Of a stretch of 64,000 nt of DNA, positions 39,931 to 54,145 are shown one piece after another (positions within the stretch are counted from its first letter, which is position 1; every line of letters starts with the position of its first letter). The stretch lies in NCBI RefSeq assembly GCF_009914755.1, contig NC_060935.1. The stretch is one strand, 5' to 3'. Below the pieces are notes generated by a model. It was not told the origin of the DNA. It made no database searches and saw only the letters and a program-made list of their open reading frames with translations. The position numbers and the translations under genes were made by a program. The stretch is from the human T2T-CHM13v2.0 reference genome, Homo sapiens.

Positions 39931-40614
39931 TCCCCCTCATCTCCATTACTTAAGAGCCAATAATGGGAAGCTCATTTTCACAAATGCAGTCAACCAGGGG
40001 AATTCATGGCATGGCCTAAGATCTAAACACTCTTAAGATTTAAACACAGGATTAGCTCTTGAGTTAGACAGGAAGCTGGGGTGTTTGGGACTGAGGCTTC
40101 ATCGTGGCAGCTAATAATGTCAGGGAGCATGAGCACTTGTTTCTTCCAAGGCTCACTTCAAGGAAGGCAGAATCCAGGTCGGGGGTGCACAGGAGTTGCC
40201 AGCTGGACCCAAGGACCATTTCGTATACATGTATGATCATACTTTCAGGGCATCTTGGAAAAACTGAATTTGCTAACTCAATAGAGAACAAAAGAGCAAA
40301 TAGGCCTAATTCAAGAATTTTTAAAAACCCGCAATAAGAAACATAATCTAAAACTTGTAGCCCAGCCCCTCCTCCATACCAACCACCAAAAAAACCCACT
40401 AACACCATAAAGTGTCATAGCTAGAGCTAGAGTGCTGTTATAAGCTGTGCAGGCCAAAATGGTTTCATGGCATGAGTTGGGCAGCAGCGACTCAGTTTCC
40501 ATGTCTGAGTTAGGCCACCTGTAACAATGCAGCCCCATCCATGTGAAGCTGGTCCAGAGGACTACAGCTGCCTGTCCCACCCTTGGCTGTGCTCTCCTTT
40601 ACTAATCCATAGCC

Positions 40615-40835
40615 AAAGACAGGGGCTAATAACAGGGTCTGGAGTCTGAACTCATATCCTAATTCCACTACTTTCTACCTGCTACACCTTGAGTGAGTCA
40701 CTTAGTCTCAGTTTCTTTATTTGTAAAATGGGAATCATAAGAGTACCTTCCTCAGAGGGTTGTTAGGAGGATTACACAAATTAATAATATAAAGTATGCA
40801 GAAAAGTGCCTGTCCTATAGTAGTGACACAGTGTT
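40615..40835 (+). mobile_element. MIR
   Basis: gggtctggagtctgaac...ccttgagtgagtcacttagtctcagtttctttatttgtaaaatgggaatcataagagtacc. Confidence 0.8.
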
Positions 40836-41173
40836 ACTTAAATGTATTGCTATACCTCATGATGGCCATTCCATCCATTGTAATCATGTGTACCATGCAA
40901 TTCACAGTGCCTGACAAAGCTGATGGGGAGGCGAGTTGGAATGAATAGTATCAGCATCAGAAAAAATACAAGTGCATCCTCATAAGATTATTTAGGATGC
41001 ATAGGATCCCAGATTAGATTTTTTTTAAATCAGCCGTTCTCTGTATTCTTGTCCAGATGCTGTGGACAGTGATGATGGGAAAATAGTCCCTGCTGCACAC
41101 TAGGGCCTGTTAGGCCAGTTGAGGGCTAGAGGAGCACAAGGGGCCAGACTGCTGCTACTTCTGAATTTTATAG

Positions 41174-41521
<348 letters not shown>

Positions 41522-41819
41522 TCAGCTTGCCTAATTAAAAAAAAAAAAAAAAAAAGTTGTCTATCTGTGTGTATATTCATATCCCATTGGCATTTGTTAT
41601 TGAAACTTCATTCAATTTAGATTAACTGATGAAGAATTGCCTTCCCCACCTCAAAAAAAAAAGTCTTTCCAGCCACAAATAGAAGCAGTTTACCCACATG
41701 TTCAAATCCATTGCAACATCCTTCCATATTTTTTTAGATCTTTGTATGGATTTTGGACATTCTAAAATTCATTTCTGGGTATTTTTAGGAGGACTACTGA
41801 TTTTTTTTTAATTTGGGCA

Positions 41820-42225
41820 TTTTTTAAAATAAATTTTTATTTTGAGATAATTGTACATTTCTCATGCAGTTCTAAGAAACAACACAGAGAAATCTTACAT
41901 ACTCCTTTACCTAGTCTCCCCCGATAGTAACATCTTGCAAAACTGTAGTACAATATTCTGACCAGGATATTGCATTGATAGTCTCACTACAGGACATTTC
42001 TAACTCTTCAAGAATCCCTCATGTCCCCCTTTTATAGCTACCCCCAATTCCCTCCCACCCTACCCTGTCCTTAGCCCCTGACAACTACTAACCTATTCTT
42101 CATTTCTTTATCATTCCAAGAAAATTATATAAATGGAACCACATAGCAAATCACCTTTTTGGGATCGGCTCTTTTCACTCAGCACAATTCCCTGAAGATT
42201 CACCCAGGTTATTGTGTGTATCCTT
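41820..42225 (-). mobile_element. L1MB/MC 3' end fragment
   Basis: ttattttgagataattgtac...gtaacatcttgcaaaactgtagtacaatattctgaccagg. Confidence 0.7.
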
Positions 42226-43479
42226 GCATTTTGGTATGACCCAATTTGGGTTTGTATTTTTAAAGCTGATGGACACTATTTACTAGTGTTTTCAAGATTG
42301 CACTGACCATCATAGGTGAAATAGGTATGTGTTCTTTTATTATGAAAGCCTCCTCAGATGTGGACATTAGTGAAATGTGGGCTCCAAAAAGAGACTTTGG
42401 AAGATTTCACTAATGATGTGGTTATTTTTTAAATAGATGCCCCCCAAAAAAGCACCTATGAAAAAATTCTTACATAGCAATTCTACTTCTGAATGCTAAG
42501 AGGGTTTGGAAAAAGTCATTTTTGCAGTGTTTGTGTTCTATGAAGAGTGGGTAGAAGGAAGCAGGAGAGTATTCCTGCCTCCCCAGGAGAGAGCTTCACT
42601 TTCTCCCTATATCTTCCTGTCCTACCAGCCCACCTGGTTCTCTGTCTCTCTCCAACTGTGACCGTCTTTTCCTTGTAGCTCCCTGCTCACTCCATGTGGA
42701 GGATGGCTCTTGGGGCTGGGGTGACTAAAGGCAAAGAATGGGGATCCCTGTGACAGCTCTAGGGGATTTTGGGACCAGATAACCTTAATGGCCTCAGGCT
42801 CCCTAGATGAGAAATGGGACTTAGTAAAGTCAAACTGGTCCAGGTTAAGCCAGCCCATGATGCCTGGAAGGAACTTACCCTTTTCTAGAGTAACTTCCCT
42901 TTTCAGGAAGTTTCTAGCTTGCTTGCTCACTCGCTCTCCCCACCCCCACCCAACCTCCCCCAACCTATCTCTCCCTCTCTCAGGAGAAGGTGCTCCCTCA
43001 CCCTTAAAGACCAGGCTGCCGTTGCTTCCCATGTGTCTGTTCCTCTATTCAGTATTGTGGGCACTGATCACACACCAGGGCACTGTGGGGGCCCTGGGAC
43101 CTGGGAGGACCAGAATGGGTACAGTCCCTGCCTTCTCAGGTTATGGTCATATCATCCATGCTCCCCAAACATCAAGGTACTCCAAAGGAGGCCCAGCACT
43201 ACCATCTAGGTGGGGAGAAAACACACCGGCCATAATGAACACACGTTTAGGCTGAAGAATAATCTTCAAATGATACTACTACTTACACTTCCTGTTTGCC
43301 AGGCAAATATAGACATCATTTCACTAATCCTCACAGCAGCTTTTAACACAAGAATATTATCACTCCTGTTTTATAGATAATCTCCTAAGGGTTGAGGGAT
43401 TGAGTCTAGGGCCCAGGGTCACAAAGCTAGGGAGCCGTGGATCTGCAGGAGATGTCCCAGCTCATCAAATATTCTTTCA

Positions 43480-43848
43480 GTATTAAACATATCAAGCTCT
43501 CTCCTGACCTTCTCTCCCCTTCCCCAGGCCAGGACTGTCTTATCCTGTGGTTCTTAGCTGAAATGTCCCTTCCTCAGAGGAGCCAATTTCTAAAGCTTAA
43601 GACTGGGCTGTAAAAAATCACATACCTCCCCTCCCATTCTTAATGTGTAACTGTGTGTTTATTTGTGGTAAAGGGTTTACTGGCTGGCTCCTTCTATCAC
43701 ATTCAAGGAGCATGAGGGTATAGGCTGGCTGTTTCTATTCAGTGTTTTATCTTCAGTGCTTAATCCATATGGAGCCTGTCACGGACCCTCAGTGAATGTT
43801 TGACGAGTGAGTGAGTGAGTGAGTGAGTGAGTGAGTGAGTGAGTGAGT
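43480..43848 (+). mobile_element. L2 3' end terminating in a (GAGT)11 microsatellite
   Basis: tatcttcagtgcttaa...ccctcagtgaatgtttga followed by 11 GAGT units at 43805-43848. Confidence 0.7.
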
Positions 43849-46800
43849 ACTTGTGCCCAGGTCAAACCAGGTGCTAGGACCCTGGCAGGGGTTCCATAAG
43901 GCTATGCTGGGGTTCAGGCAACCCAAGGCTGGTCTGGAGAGTGTAAGGCTTGAGAGCTCTTCTTCAGGCTCAGTCATCCCTGCTTCCCCAGGGCTCATGT
44001 CCACATGCTATTGTCCATAGAAGCTGGGGTCCAAAGTTGACCAGAATATCTCTAGTCATAAAGAATCTCTTCCCCTTGAGCCCACTCATCTCTGTTGACA
44101 TTCTAGAAATGCAGGGAAATCTGGGCACCATGAAATGCAGTGACTTGCAGTGATCCTCCTGGGGCCTTGTATAGAAGAGACCATCTCAGTTTTGTAGACC
44201 AGGAAACTGAGGCTTGGGGATAGCAGATGTTCCCAGACAGAAAATGGTGGCACCTGGAGAGGTGCTCAGGTCTGTGTGGAAGAAAGGACAGGAGTCCTTC
44301 TGCCACCCAGACTGTGCATTCAGACATCTCCCTTGTGCTGTGCAGCCTTAGTTCTGCCTCCTGAGAGAGGTGACCTTCTCCCACTTCTTACAGGCAAGGC
44401 TCTTGCTAGCCTGAGGACCAGGAGCCTTCAGATTTTCTTGTTCCCAGGATATATCGCACCAACTCAGGAGGTGTGGGGATGGGCTAGCATTAGGAATGGG
44501 TATTAGCATCTGCATTAAAAGGCTCCCACTGACAGCTCATGCATTGTGATGGAACTAGAGGTGAGATACAGAGCAGGAGTCCATGGCACCTCCAGAACCT
44601 GTCAGCCTGAGTATGGGCAATGGCGTTTTAGTTTGCAAAACCAGACACATAGAGGCCAGGTTTCCCCCGCTCAACACTAGGCCACTGTGCCTGCCACTGC
44701 TGTCTGCAAATGCAGGTTCCTGGGGCTCTGGGTGGTTTGTCCAATGGCTAAGCTTTCCCCAGGAATGGGTAACTGGAAAAATGTAGGAATTACATATGAT
44801 TCCATCAATGACAGTTTTCCTATTAAAACATAACTTGTTAAAGCATAGAGCTTAGTTCAGAGTAAACATTTCTAAAAAAGAGGTAGAAGCCCCTACCTAC
44901 TGACTGGCATCACAAACACTGCCCTGAAATGCCAACTCATTTCAAATACTGCTCTAGACAACTGGGCCCTGCATCTGCTGCAAGGAACATCCCTTACTTT
45001 CCCATCTCAATACAACTGTGAAAAGCCTAGCCTGGGACTCAGGCCTTTCCTTACTCCCTCTGGTTACCTAGCTTTAGCTCTGAGGCAGCCCAGATGACAT
45101 GGGCCTCTAAGGCTGGCTGCTCTTACTCTATACCCCAAAATCCCAGCCACTAGCTTGCAGAATGGCTTTGTTGGATTCCCCTCCCTGGCCCCACACTCAC
45201 TGCTACATCTCTCTTCCAAATCATAAATGCAAAAGATGGCCAAAGGTGCATGCTCTGTGACACGTTTCATAGTCAGACAAAACCGGCTGACTGCTTTTAC
45301 TTTTTTTTTTTTTTCATTTAGAAGAATTTCCTTGGCAACTCCGTCTCTCCTTAGTCAACATCAGCTAACTTCATCCTCCCCCTTTATCAAGACATTGTTT
45401 AGAGTAAATAATTCATTAACTGGTACAGCAATTTCAGAACCCTTTCACATAGTTTCTTAAGGGGACCGTTTCCCTTGAAGAATGGGGTACACCAGAGGAC
45501 TTAGGAAGAGAAGCGCCCACTGGGGCTTGGTCAGACTCTGCCAGGAGACAGGCAGCTGTCTGTTAACTGACCCTACCCAGTACCTTCTGGGATTGGATTA
45601 ACAAAAGGGGAGTTGGTTAGGCTGGAGCATTGCAACTCATTTCTTCCCTGCAGTCTCTCTCCTGAGGTGGCCCAGGTATGTGTTTGAGGCCTGGGACTTG
45701 CTGCCAGCATGAGACAAGCTCCAGTGGGGTCCATCCCCCTGATTCCTCAGTGCCCCAGCACCACCTCTTTCATTTGAAAACGTGTTCTTTTGGCAAAAAG
45801 ACTATGCTCCAGAACTTTCTGGCTGAGTTCTCCTTCTATTCCTCCTATTCCACTGTTAGGTGTTGGAAAAGCAATATATTTGATGCTTTCTCCATGTCCC
45901 ATAAATGACTTTCTGGCAGAGGAGAGTGACTGTCCTTTGTCTGTGGCCCTGGATTTGAGGCTAAGCCTTCCTTGAAGAAGGAACAGGAAAGAAAGGCTTG
46001 TTGGATGTGCAGGGAGCTAGTGGCCAACTGAGCACTTGCTCAGGCGGAGGGGCCTGGAGAGAACCCAGGGTAGGTCTGCCTGGGAGAAAAGGGGTAAGGG
46101 AGGACTGCCTCCCAGCCTTCCCTCCCCACTGGTCTGGGCACATTCCAAGGCTTGAGGTCTCCTAGTCAAGGCCTCCTGTTATTGGCTTCCTCCAGGGAGT
46201 CTGCTGAGACAAAAGTTTTAGATTCTTTCACTACATCATAAGGTAGGTAAGTTTGTGTCCCTGATCCATGCAGCATGTTATCTTTGTACCTGGTAAGGAG
46301 TGAAATGGCTTCCAATTTTACGGACTGGTTGCTTTTCATTCATATCTTCTTGCCATCCCTGTCTCATGGGTGAGCACATTTCCTGGATTTAAAATGTATG
46401 GGACAGCCTGTGAGAATTACAGATTCCAGGGAAGGGCCCCTTTTGGCACGGGGGGTCTGACGGTCAGAGCTAATCAGGTGTGGAAGAAGCTGCCTGGAGA
46501 GGATCCCCATCTGCATGGAATGCCCCCTTCGTGGGGATGGCTGGCACAGCTCACACACGGAGGCACTACTTCAGTCCTCCCATTACCAAACTCCAGGGCA
46601 CACGTGCCACTGTGTCTTGCCCACAAACATGCACACAGAGTATCGATCTGTCTGATGTTTCAGGGACCCAGCCATGTCATGGAGGGTACATGGGCAGGTA
46701 CCATCTCTGCCTGGTACATGGGCAGGGGATAGATGTGTTTCCATGGGTCTCCTTCACATAGAATTGTCACCTGAACGAGAAGCCCTTATCCAGAAGCCCA

Positions 46801-49800
46801 GTGCAACTCCCATCTCACAGGCCACCAGCAAGTTGCTCACATCCAGACAGGAGACGCTAGTCCTACAGGTGCAGTGGGAGGATCTGCAGATGACTACAGC
46901 TCTTGGCCCTTCCATACAGCACATGACAGGAAGCTAGGAGGGTTGCAGCTGGCTGTTGCCATTCCACTCAGGGTTGAGGGGACAAGCCCACACAGGTACC
47001 AGAAGTTCAGGGGTCCCATGTGGACTTCAGGCCTTCGGTCTGGGACCCCAGGGAGGGTGCTCTGACAGTCCGCCGAAATGGCCAGCAGGCAGGCATCCTC
47101 CCAGGTGGCAGTGAGAAAGGGCCCTGCACAGTCAGCGTTCCTGAGAATGCGATTCCTACTAGAACGAGGCTGTTTCCCAGGCTGCCTCCTGCTTCACCCA
47201 GGACTCAGACCACAACTAGACTAGGGAAGAACTTGTTCTCCACGGATGAGCCTGACCAAGTTCTGGGCCCACTCTCCCATCCTCCTGCTGGGTCACACGG
47301 ATGAGGCCTGTACACTCTGGGCCTCAGACTCCACACCAAGAAGAGTCAGGGGGGCTCACTCTAAGCCCCGCCAGCTCGCACCATCTGATGGGGCAGGGGC
47401 AGGGGAAGGACAGGGCCAGCATTGAGTAGGCCTGAGTTGATGGCAAAGTGTAGGCCTTTGCCCTGTCTCGCCCCCTTGCTTCTGGGGTTTGCTTCGCCTT
47501 TCTGAGAGCACAGCAATGCCTACTCATCCTGCCCAAAACCCTGCTCCAACCTAGCTGTGTGACCTTTAGGCCTTGGGATAGCACACAGCAAATGTCTGCC
47601 ACCCCAGTACTGCCACTGGCTTGGGAGGCCAGACCACAGACCACACTAGTGTCACCTGGCCCGTCCCACCTGTTCCAAGCTGGGGGAGGAGTATGCTCAC
47701 TTGGGCTTATCAGCAGAGCCAGGGTACCCCAACCCCTGACTAGGATATTGTGGATACCTATGCCCAGAGCCCCTCCACTGCCAAGTTTCCACAATTGTTT
47801 TGAAATAATTCCCAACAGATACCCCCACCCTCACCCAGTGTTGAGTCTCACTCCCGTCACGGAAATGACAGCTCCCAGCCCTGGGCAATGTGCTCCTGCA
47901 AGGACAGCTGTGGTGACTAGAATGGCAGCTTGGCTACTAGCACTTTTCACATGAGCGTGGCTGCCCTCAGGCCCAGGCTGCACAGAGCATGGCCGCTGGA
48001 TCAAGTGTGGGTCCCAGTTGGATGACAAACCCATGTTCAAGGCTGGGAAGTCCTACTCGGCCCCACTTCTACCCAGGACCAGTAGCTTTCAATTGTAAAT
48101 GTGCATCCCCTGTGATACACTATGATGCACAAGCAGCCCCTGCTCACCCCTAAAGAGCAGCACAAGTAACTCAGAGCCACTGTCCCCTCTGGCCAGAGGC
48201 CCTGGTTTGTGTCTGCCCAGTGACCAGCCTGAAGATAGAGGCAACCCAATCCAGGTCCATGCAGGTCTCCGTGATGCGGAGCATGCCCAGCTTACCATCC
48301 TGATGCAGAGGCAAGGACAACACTGGGCCCTGACTTGCTAAGATGGGAGCAAGAGCTTAGGGCTAAAACTCAGCAGTCCCAGCTCTGGGGGACAAGGACC
48401 CACAAAGTGATGCAAGATATCCTGAGTTGGGTGTGACAAGTACACCTTGACACACAAACTGCACAGGGAGGGGAGGAATCTGAGCCAGCTTCCTCCACAA
48501 AGCACAGAAGTCTGCCAAAAGCCCAGGCTGGATAGGGAGCATCACACTGTTGGGAAATGTGCAATTTTCACTCAGCCAGCATCACTACCAGCTCCGGGCT
48601 TCTCTCCTCTGGCCTCCCACCTTGCAGCTTTGAGATCCCAGGCCTCTCAGGGCTCTGGCTGAGGGCTGTGAGCCAGAGGCTGAGGTAGCCAGGTCTGCCT
48701 TGGGCTGTCACTCAGGGCTGAGCTCTGCTGAAGGATCTGGGAGGTCAGTAGGCACCTGTGTCCACCCAGCTGTCCATACAGATCCCTGCCTGCACAAGAG
48801 CTGCTGCAGCATTTCAATAGGGCCATCCCAGGCACCCTAGGACTTGAGACCAGCCTCCTCTGTATGGTCCCTTCCCTGGTGCACCTACCACAGCCCACTC
48901 TGATGACCCCCTGTCAAGGAGGTGTGACTGAGAAAGGAAGGGGCAGAGATCCCTTCTCCATTCCTCTCAGGCCCCTGTAAAAATTGGGACCTGTCCTTGC
49001 CAGCCAGGTCTCAGGGAGCTCAGGGTTCAGTGTTGGAATGGGTCTGGGCCCAGATTTCAAGCCAGTAACCAGCAAATCATGGGGAGACTGAGAAGAGGAG
49101 CCCCTTAGCAGGCCTAACCACACCCCTAGGCCACCCAGCCTGGCCCCCCTCCTCTGCCCCAACTGGCTCCAGGCCAAACTCTGGTTCCTGAGGAGCCTCA
49201 AAGGCTGGACTTGGGGTGTCCCGCGGAAATCCTGGTGGGATGGAAAATCCCCAGCAGTTGTGAGGCTGCACTTCTCCCACCCGCTGTGGGTCAGCCAGGC
49301 CGCTGCTTCCTGCTTCCCTTTGATGTCTCCTCGTGCGAGGGAGGGGTCAGCACCCCTCTAGGCTTGGGCAGGCACACACTCCACTCAGCTGCAGCCATGG
49401 AGTTGGTGCTTCTAGGGCCTGGGTATGCTGGAGTCAGGCAGGGGACCTGGTGGGGGTGGGGATACAGGCTGAGGTGGAGAGACCCCACGCAGCTCCCTAG
49501 GCCTCTGCAGACAGCTCCCAAGCAAGGGGGCAGGAGGGGCTGCACTGAGCCCACCAAAGGTTGTAGCCACTCATACAGGGCTGTTTGATCTGAGAGGGAG
49601 GCGCCATGACCTCTGTTTAGACAAGGAAAATGAAGACTCTGGAAAATCTAAGCACGTCACACACACAGCTTCCATGGGGGTCTTCCTCTCGTGTCTGGGG
49701 AACTTCCCCGTAGAGGTTTCAATAACTGCCATCCTTTGCTGATCCTCTGTGTAGGCACTGGGCCCCAGCCCCTGCCTGTGCCATCACTATTTCACAGGAG

Positions 49801-51539
49801 AACACCACACTGAGGCTCTGCCTCTGGTTGCCCTGCTCTGGGTGATGAGGTAGAGGTCACACAGCCAGGCCAGTGGCCCTAGTGTCAAGGTTCCACACCA
49901 CAGCCTCATAGCAGCCAGTGCTCGCTCACTGAGGCCAGGCACTCATCTTGTGCTGTGCCTGGGTGAGCTCTGGACCTGCCTCCTAAACATAGGGCTGCCT
50001 GCTTCGTTCATTTCCACACACCACGTGCCTAGGCCCAGCTGGGGCTGGCATACAAATTGGGTGGCCCGGCTCTGAGCTGCTGCTGGTTACTGTGGCAGTT
50101 TCCACCTATACCACACCTATATACTTGCCCTCCCCCACACACAGCCCACCTGGCCCATCCCACAAAGAGAGATGGCACTCCAGGTGGAGAGGGCTGGGCC
50201 AGAGGTCATGCAGCAAGGTCAGGTTGGAAGCTGAGGTGGGGCTAGGGCCACCCCACACAGGCCTGTCTCACAGGCTGTCACCCACTGGGCCTAGGGCTCT
50301 GAGAGTAGGGGTCTGATCTGGAGAGCAGGGGAGCCTGCAGGTCCCTGGGTTGGAATCCTGGAGCCCTGGGCTGCAGGGTTTTGAGGGGCAGTTACCTCCT
50401 CCTCCCCGGTGGCACATCCGGCCTGGAAGTTGGGTAGTCTGGCCCAAGGCCTGCCCTGGTGTGAAAGCCTGAGACCCTAAGGAGAGCTACAGGTGGCTCA
50501 AGGGCCTGCTCCTCCTCCTTTTCTGTGCAAACAGCTCAGCTTGCTGACTTTGATGCAGTGGTTTAGGCCAAGCTTTGAAGTCAGCCCTTGGAGGACGTTC
50601 CTATCAGCCTTTGCACAGATATCTCCCACTCCAACCCTAAGACTCAATGCCACCTCAGGACTGCCCCTATCCGCAGAGCTTGAGGCCTTTAGGTCAGCCT
50701 TGGGAAGAGGTGCTTGAGTGGGGTGGAAGAAGCCCACTCTTGGGAAATGGGGAGCATAGGGGAGGAGGAAGACACTGCCTTGGAATGACACTCCCAGAGA
50801 CCTCTGCTCTGCCTACCTGCATTCTGCTGAAGGTTTTGGGTCACCTTGTTTTATGGTCCCTGTCCCAGCATGAAGCTTGCACAGGAAGAACAGAATGAAT
50901 GATGTGGAAATCTGTTAGCAGTGGTGTCTTCCAGATTCTCAAGGATCCGGGTATTTTAGGAACAAAACAAGCCAGCAGGTGCAGAGGTCACAAGCCTCCT
51001 GAGAGGGCCAGGGCAGAGTGAGTAGCTGCAGGGGCAGCTGTCCTTTGCACCTGGGCCTAGAGTGCCAGAGACTTAGTCTCATTTGTTTACAGGAGACTGA
51101 TGGGTTCCTGAGCAGCCTAGGAGGGGAGGGGAAGCACTGCGTTCTCAGTGTGGTGCTTGGCCCTCCCAGGTGCCTGGTTGTGGCCTGCCACTTAGCACCC
51201 ACCCCTGCCTATCCAGCCCCATCCCTGGGGAAGGTTCCCACCTGCTCCAACCTCTGGTACTCCCAGGCTGCCTCACCCAACGATGACAGTGACTAGCCTC
51301 AGAGCCTGGCTGCTTGGAAGACCTTTGCCCAAGCAGAGAACTGTTGAGGAAGGTGAGCCTTCCGAGGGCCAGCCCTGCCTCTCCTCCCCTCTCCTAGCCT
51401 GCTTCTGTCTGGGCTGAAGGCACAGCAGGGACAATCGCTCTTCCGGGGTTAGAACTGGGGGAGCAGGGACAAAAAGCGGGCAGCCCTCCCCAGCATGACA
51501 GGATGTGGAAGGCTGGTCTCTCCAGAGACTGGGCTAAAC

Positions 51540-51675
51540 TCTGCTGTGTCAAGTGCCTGGTGACCTCAAGCAAGTCATTCCATGTGGCTGAGCTGCTCCT
51601 TGCTGCATCTGCACATATGTGTAGTGTCTTCCTCCCTGTAGGATTGTCACAAGGATTAAATGATGTCAAGTCTGA
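51540..51675 (+). mobile_element. MIR fragment
   Basis: gtgacctcaagcaagtcattccatgtggctgagc...gtaggattgtcacaaggattaaatga. Confidence 0.6.
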
Positions 51676-53149
51676 GGCTGCCCTGCAGCTGCTGTTTCCA
51701 CTACTTGGCATGGAACATGTGCCAGACCAAAAGAGCTATCTCTCTCCCTGCGAAAGGCTGGGGTCCTGGGAGCTAGAGCTGGGTTAAGATAAGAGCAGAG
51801 ACTGGGTCCTGGGAACAGCCACTGGGCCCAGTCGGGGGGGTCTCAGCACCTATCACAAAGAAAGTGCCACTGGGCCTAGGGAAGGACAAGAAGTAACATG
51901 TCAAAGATGGGACAGAACCCACCTCCTGGCAGGGAGTGGGGCACACATATGTGCATGTTCATATATGTGTCAGAATGCGTATTTGTCAGTGTATGTGTGT
52001 CAGTGCACATAGGTATAGGGGCTGTCTCTCAGAATTCCTGAGGGCTTTCCATTTGATCCCAGTGGTTGAAGATGGAGTATGATCCCAAATCCCTTAGGTG
52101 GATGTGGCCTGGCAGGGGGTCAGCAGGAGGGAGGTCCCTGTCTCCTTGGCTTCCAGCTTCCAGGCTCTGGCACTCCCACTGTTAGGAACAGGTACCTTTA
52201 GGGACACAGGAGTGTAAGCCACTGTTTCCGTCTGGGTTTTGTCATGTGTAGGTCCCAGCGGCTTTAAGCCAACCTGAAAGGTTCATTTGGGAGTCACGGG
52301 TATGTGTCAACAAAAGCCCACCAGACCATCAATGAAGTGGGCAAAAGCTCTGGGTGAACTCTTGGCTCAGGTATCAGGATATGCTGGGTGAGGGAAATAA
52401 TGGAGGCACCTTTGTTCTAGATGCCTGCAGATTCCTGACAACAGTAGGGGTGGAGGCTGTGCAGACCTGGTGCAGAGTCTGTGCTGGCCTCTGGCCTCTC
52501 ACAGCCTTGGGAGGGGTGCTCAGAGCTCAGCTGTGTTTAAAAATTAGCAAGTGGAGGAGTTAGAGGATCTGCAGTTAACCCCTTGAGTCTCGGAAGGCTG
52601 TTTGAGCCACTAATCAGGAAGGAGAGCTGACAAGAAAAAGGCGATGTCTCACCCCTGAGCTACAATCCACTGCACTTACAGTGACCACCCATCCTGACAT
52701 CTTGGGCTCAGGCCTCTGGGTCTGGGCATAGAAGCCCAGGAACTGCTGTCTGTGGGGAGTCCACTGAAGCTCCCTGCCCCCACTGAGTCTCTGATGTTGA
52801 CAGCCTCTTTGTTTTTTCATCTCAGCCTATTCAAGGCCATTTTTCAGCTTGCTTGGCTTTGCATTAAAGTTGGGGGGATTTCTCTATCCTGAGGTTATGA
52901 AATACCTCAGCAAGGACGAGGCCTCCCTGAGGGAGTCAACCTAGCTTGTTCCCTGCACGTACTGTGGGGAGGTCCTCTTTACCGCCACAGTTCCAAGGGT
53001 GAAACAGAGAACCAGGTGGGGAAGGGGTCTCTCCCCATCTGTCCAGGGGAGAGGCAGCCCACAGGGAGCCACACAGGCAGGGGACATTCCACTAGGGCCA
53101 TTTGCAGGCCAGTGGCCATCCACTGCCAGCAATCAGAGAATCACAAGCA

Positions 53150-54145
53150 CTGGATCCAATGTGACCTCTGCCAGGACCATGACCCCTAGGTCCTCTTTTC
53201 CATCCCTCCAGTTCTCCTGGCTTTCTTGCCATCTTTCTGGCTCTATCCTCAGTCTCCTTGGCAGGTTTTCCCTTCTGGCATGGCCACTAAATGCCAGTGC
53301 CTTTCTCTATGCAAACCATTTCCCTAAGCTGTTCCCTCAGCACCAAGGGCTTCCAGACCACCTGTGAGGCCCTGACCCCCCAAATGTCTCTCCAACCCAG
53401 CCAGACCCACATTCCAGTCACCTGCCCCCACCTCCTCTCCACAGCCTCCATCATTTTATAGCCCACTCTACTGAAGGCCCCTGTCCTTTCAGTGTCACCC
53501 ATCCTTTCAGTGGCACAAGTCAGAAGTTCTGGGGTCATTTCCGATACACCCGCTTCCTCACCACCTGCCCATCACCTCAAGCCCATCACCAAGCCAGGCT
53601 TACTTCACCCATCCATAGTTCTAGAGGTTCCCTGCTTCCCTCCATCCCTATTGCCACTGTCCTGATAGGCCACCATTTCTCTGTACTGCAGGCATCTCCT
53701 AACTGGCATTCTCACATCCCCTGCCCCATTCCAATCAATTATCTACTCAGTGGACAGAAATCCTTTCAAAGTTTAGAGACCTGTGGGTCTTGCTTAATCC
53801 TGCAGCTGCCTTTCTGGTAGTTCAGATGCTTGGCTTCTTTCCATCCCAGGTGCTCACAGGCTCCCTACCACCAGAGGGCCCTTGGCCTGCCCCTGCCACT
53901 TTCCCCAAGGGAGTTTTTCAGACCCCAGGCTAGTTCCAGTGGGTTCCTGCTATACACCTGCTGTGCTCCCAGGCCTCAGCACTCCCCTCAGGGTGCAAAC
54001 GGTCCTTCAACATTAGTTAGTCTTTCTCCCCTTTGTCCACTAACCCTGGGAGGGTAGGCAGGTCCCTGCTCCTATCAAATCCCTCCCTCTGGGCCAGGGT
54101 CTAGTACCTGCTGAGTGTTTGACAAATATTTCTTGAATGACTGCA
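53150..54145 (+). mobile_element. L2 LINE fragment
   Basis: Pyrimidine-rich L2 body (catctcctaactggc...ttccaatcaattatctactcag) and 3' end gacaaatatttcttgaatgactg. Confidence 0.65.
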
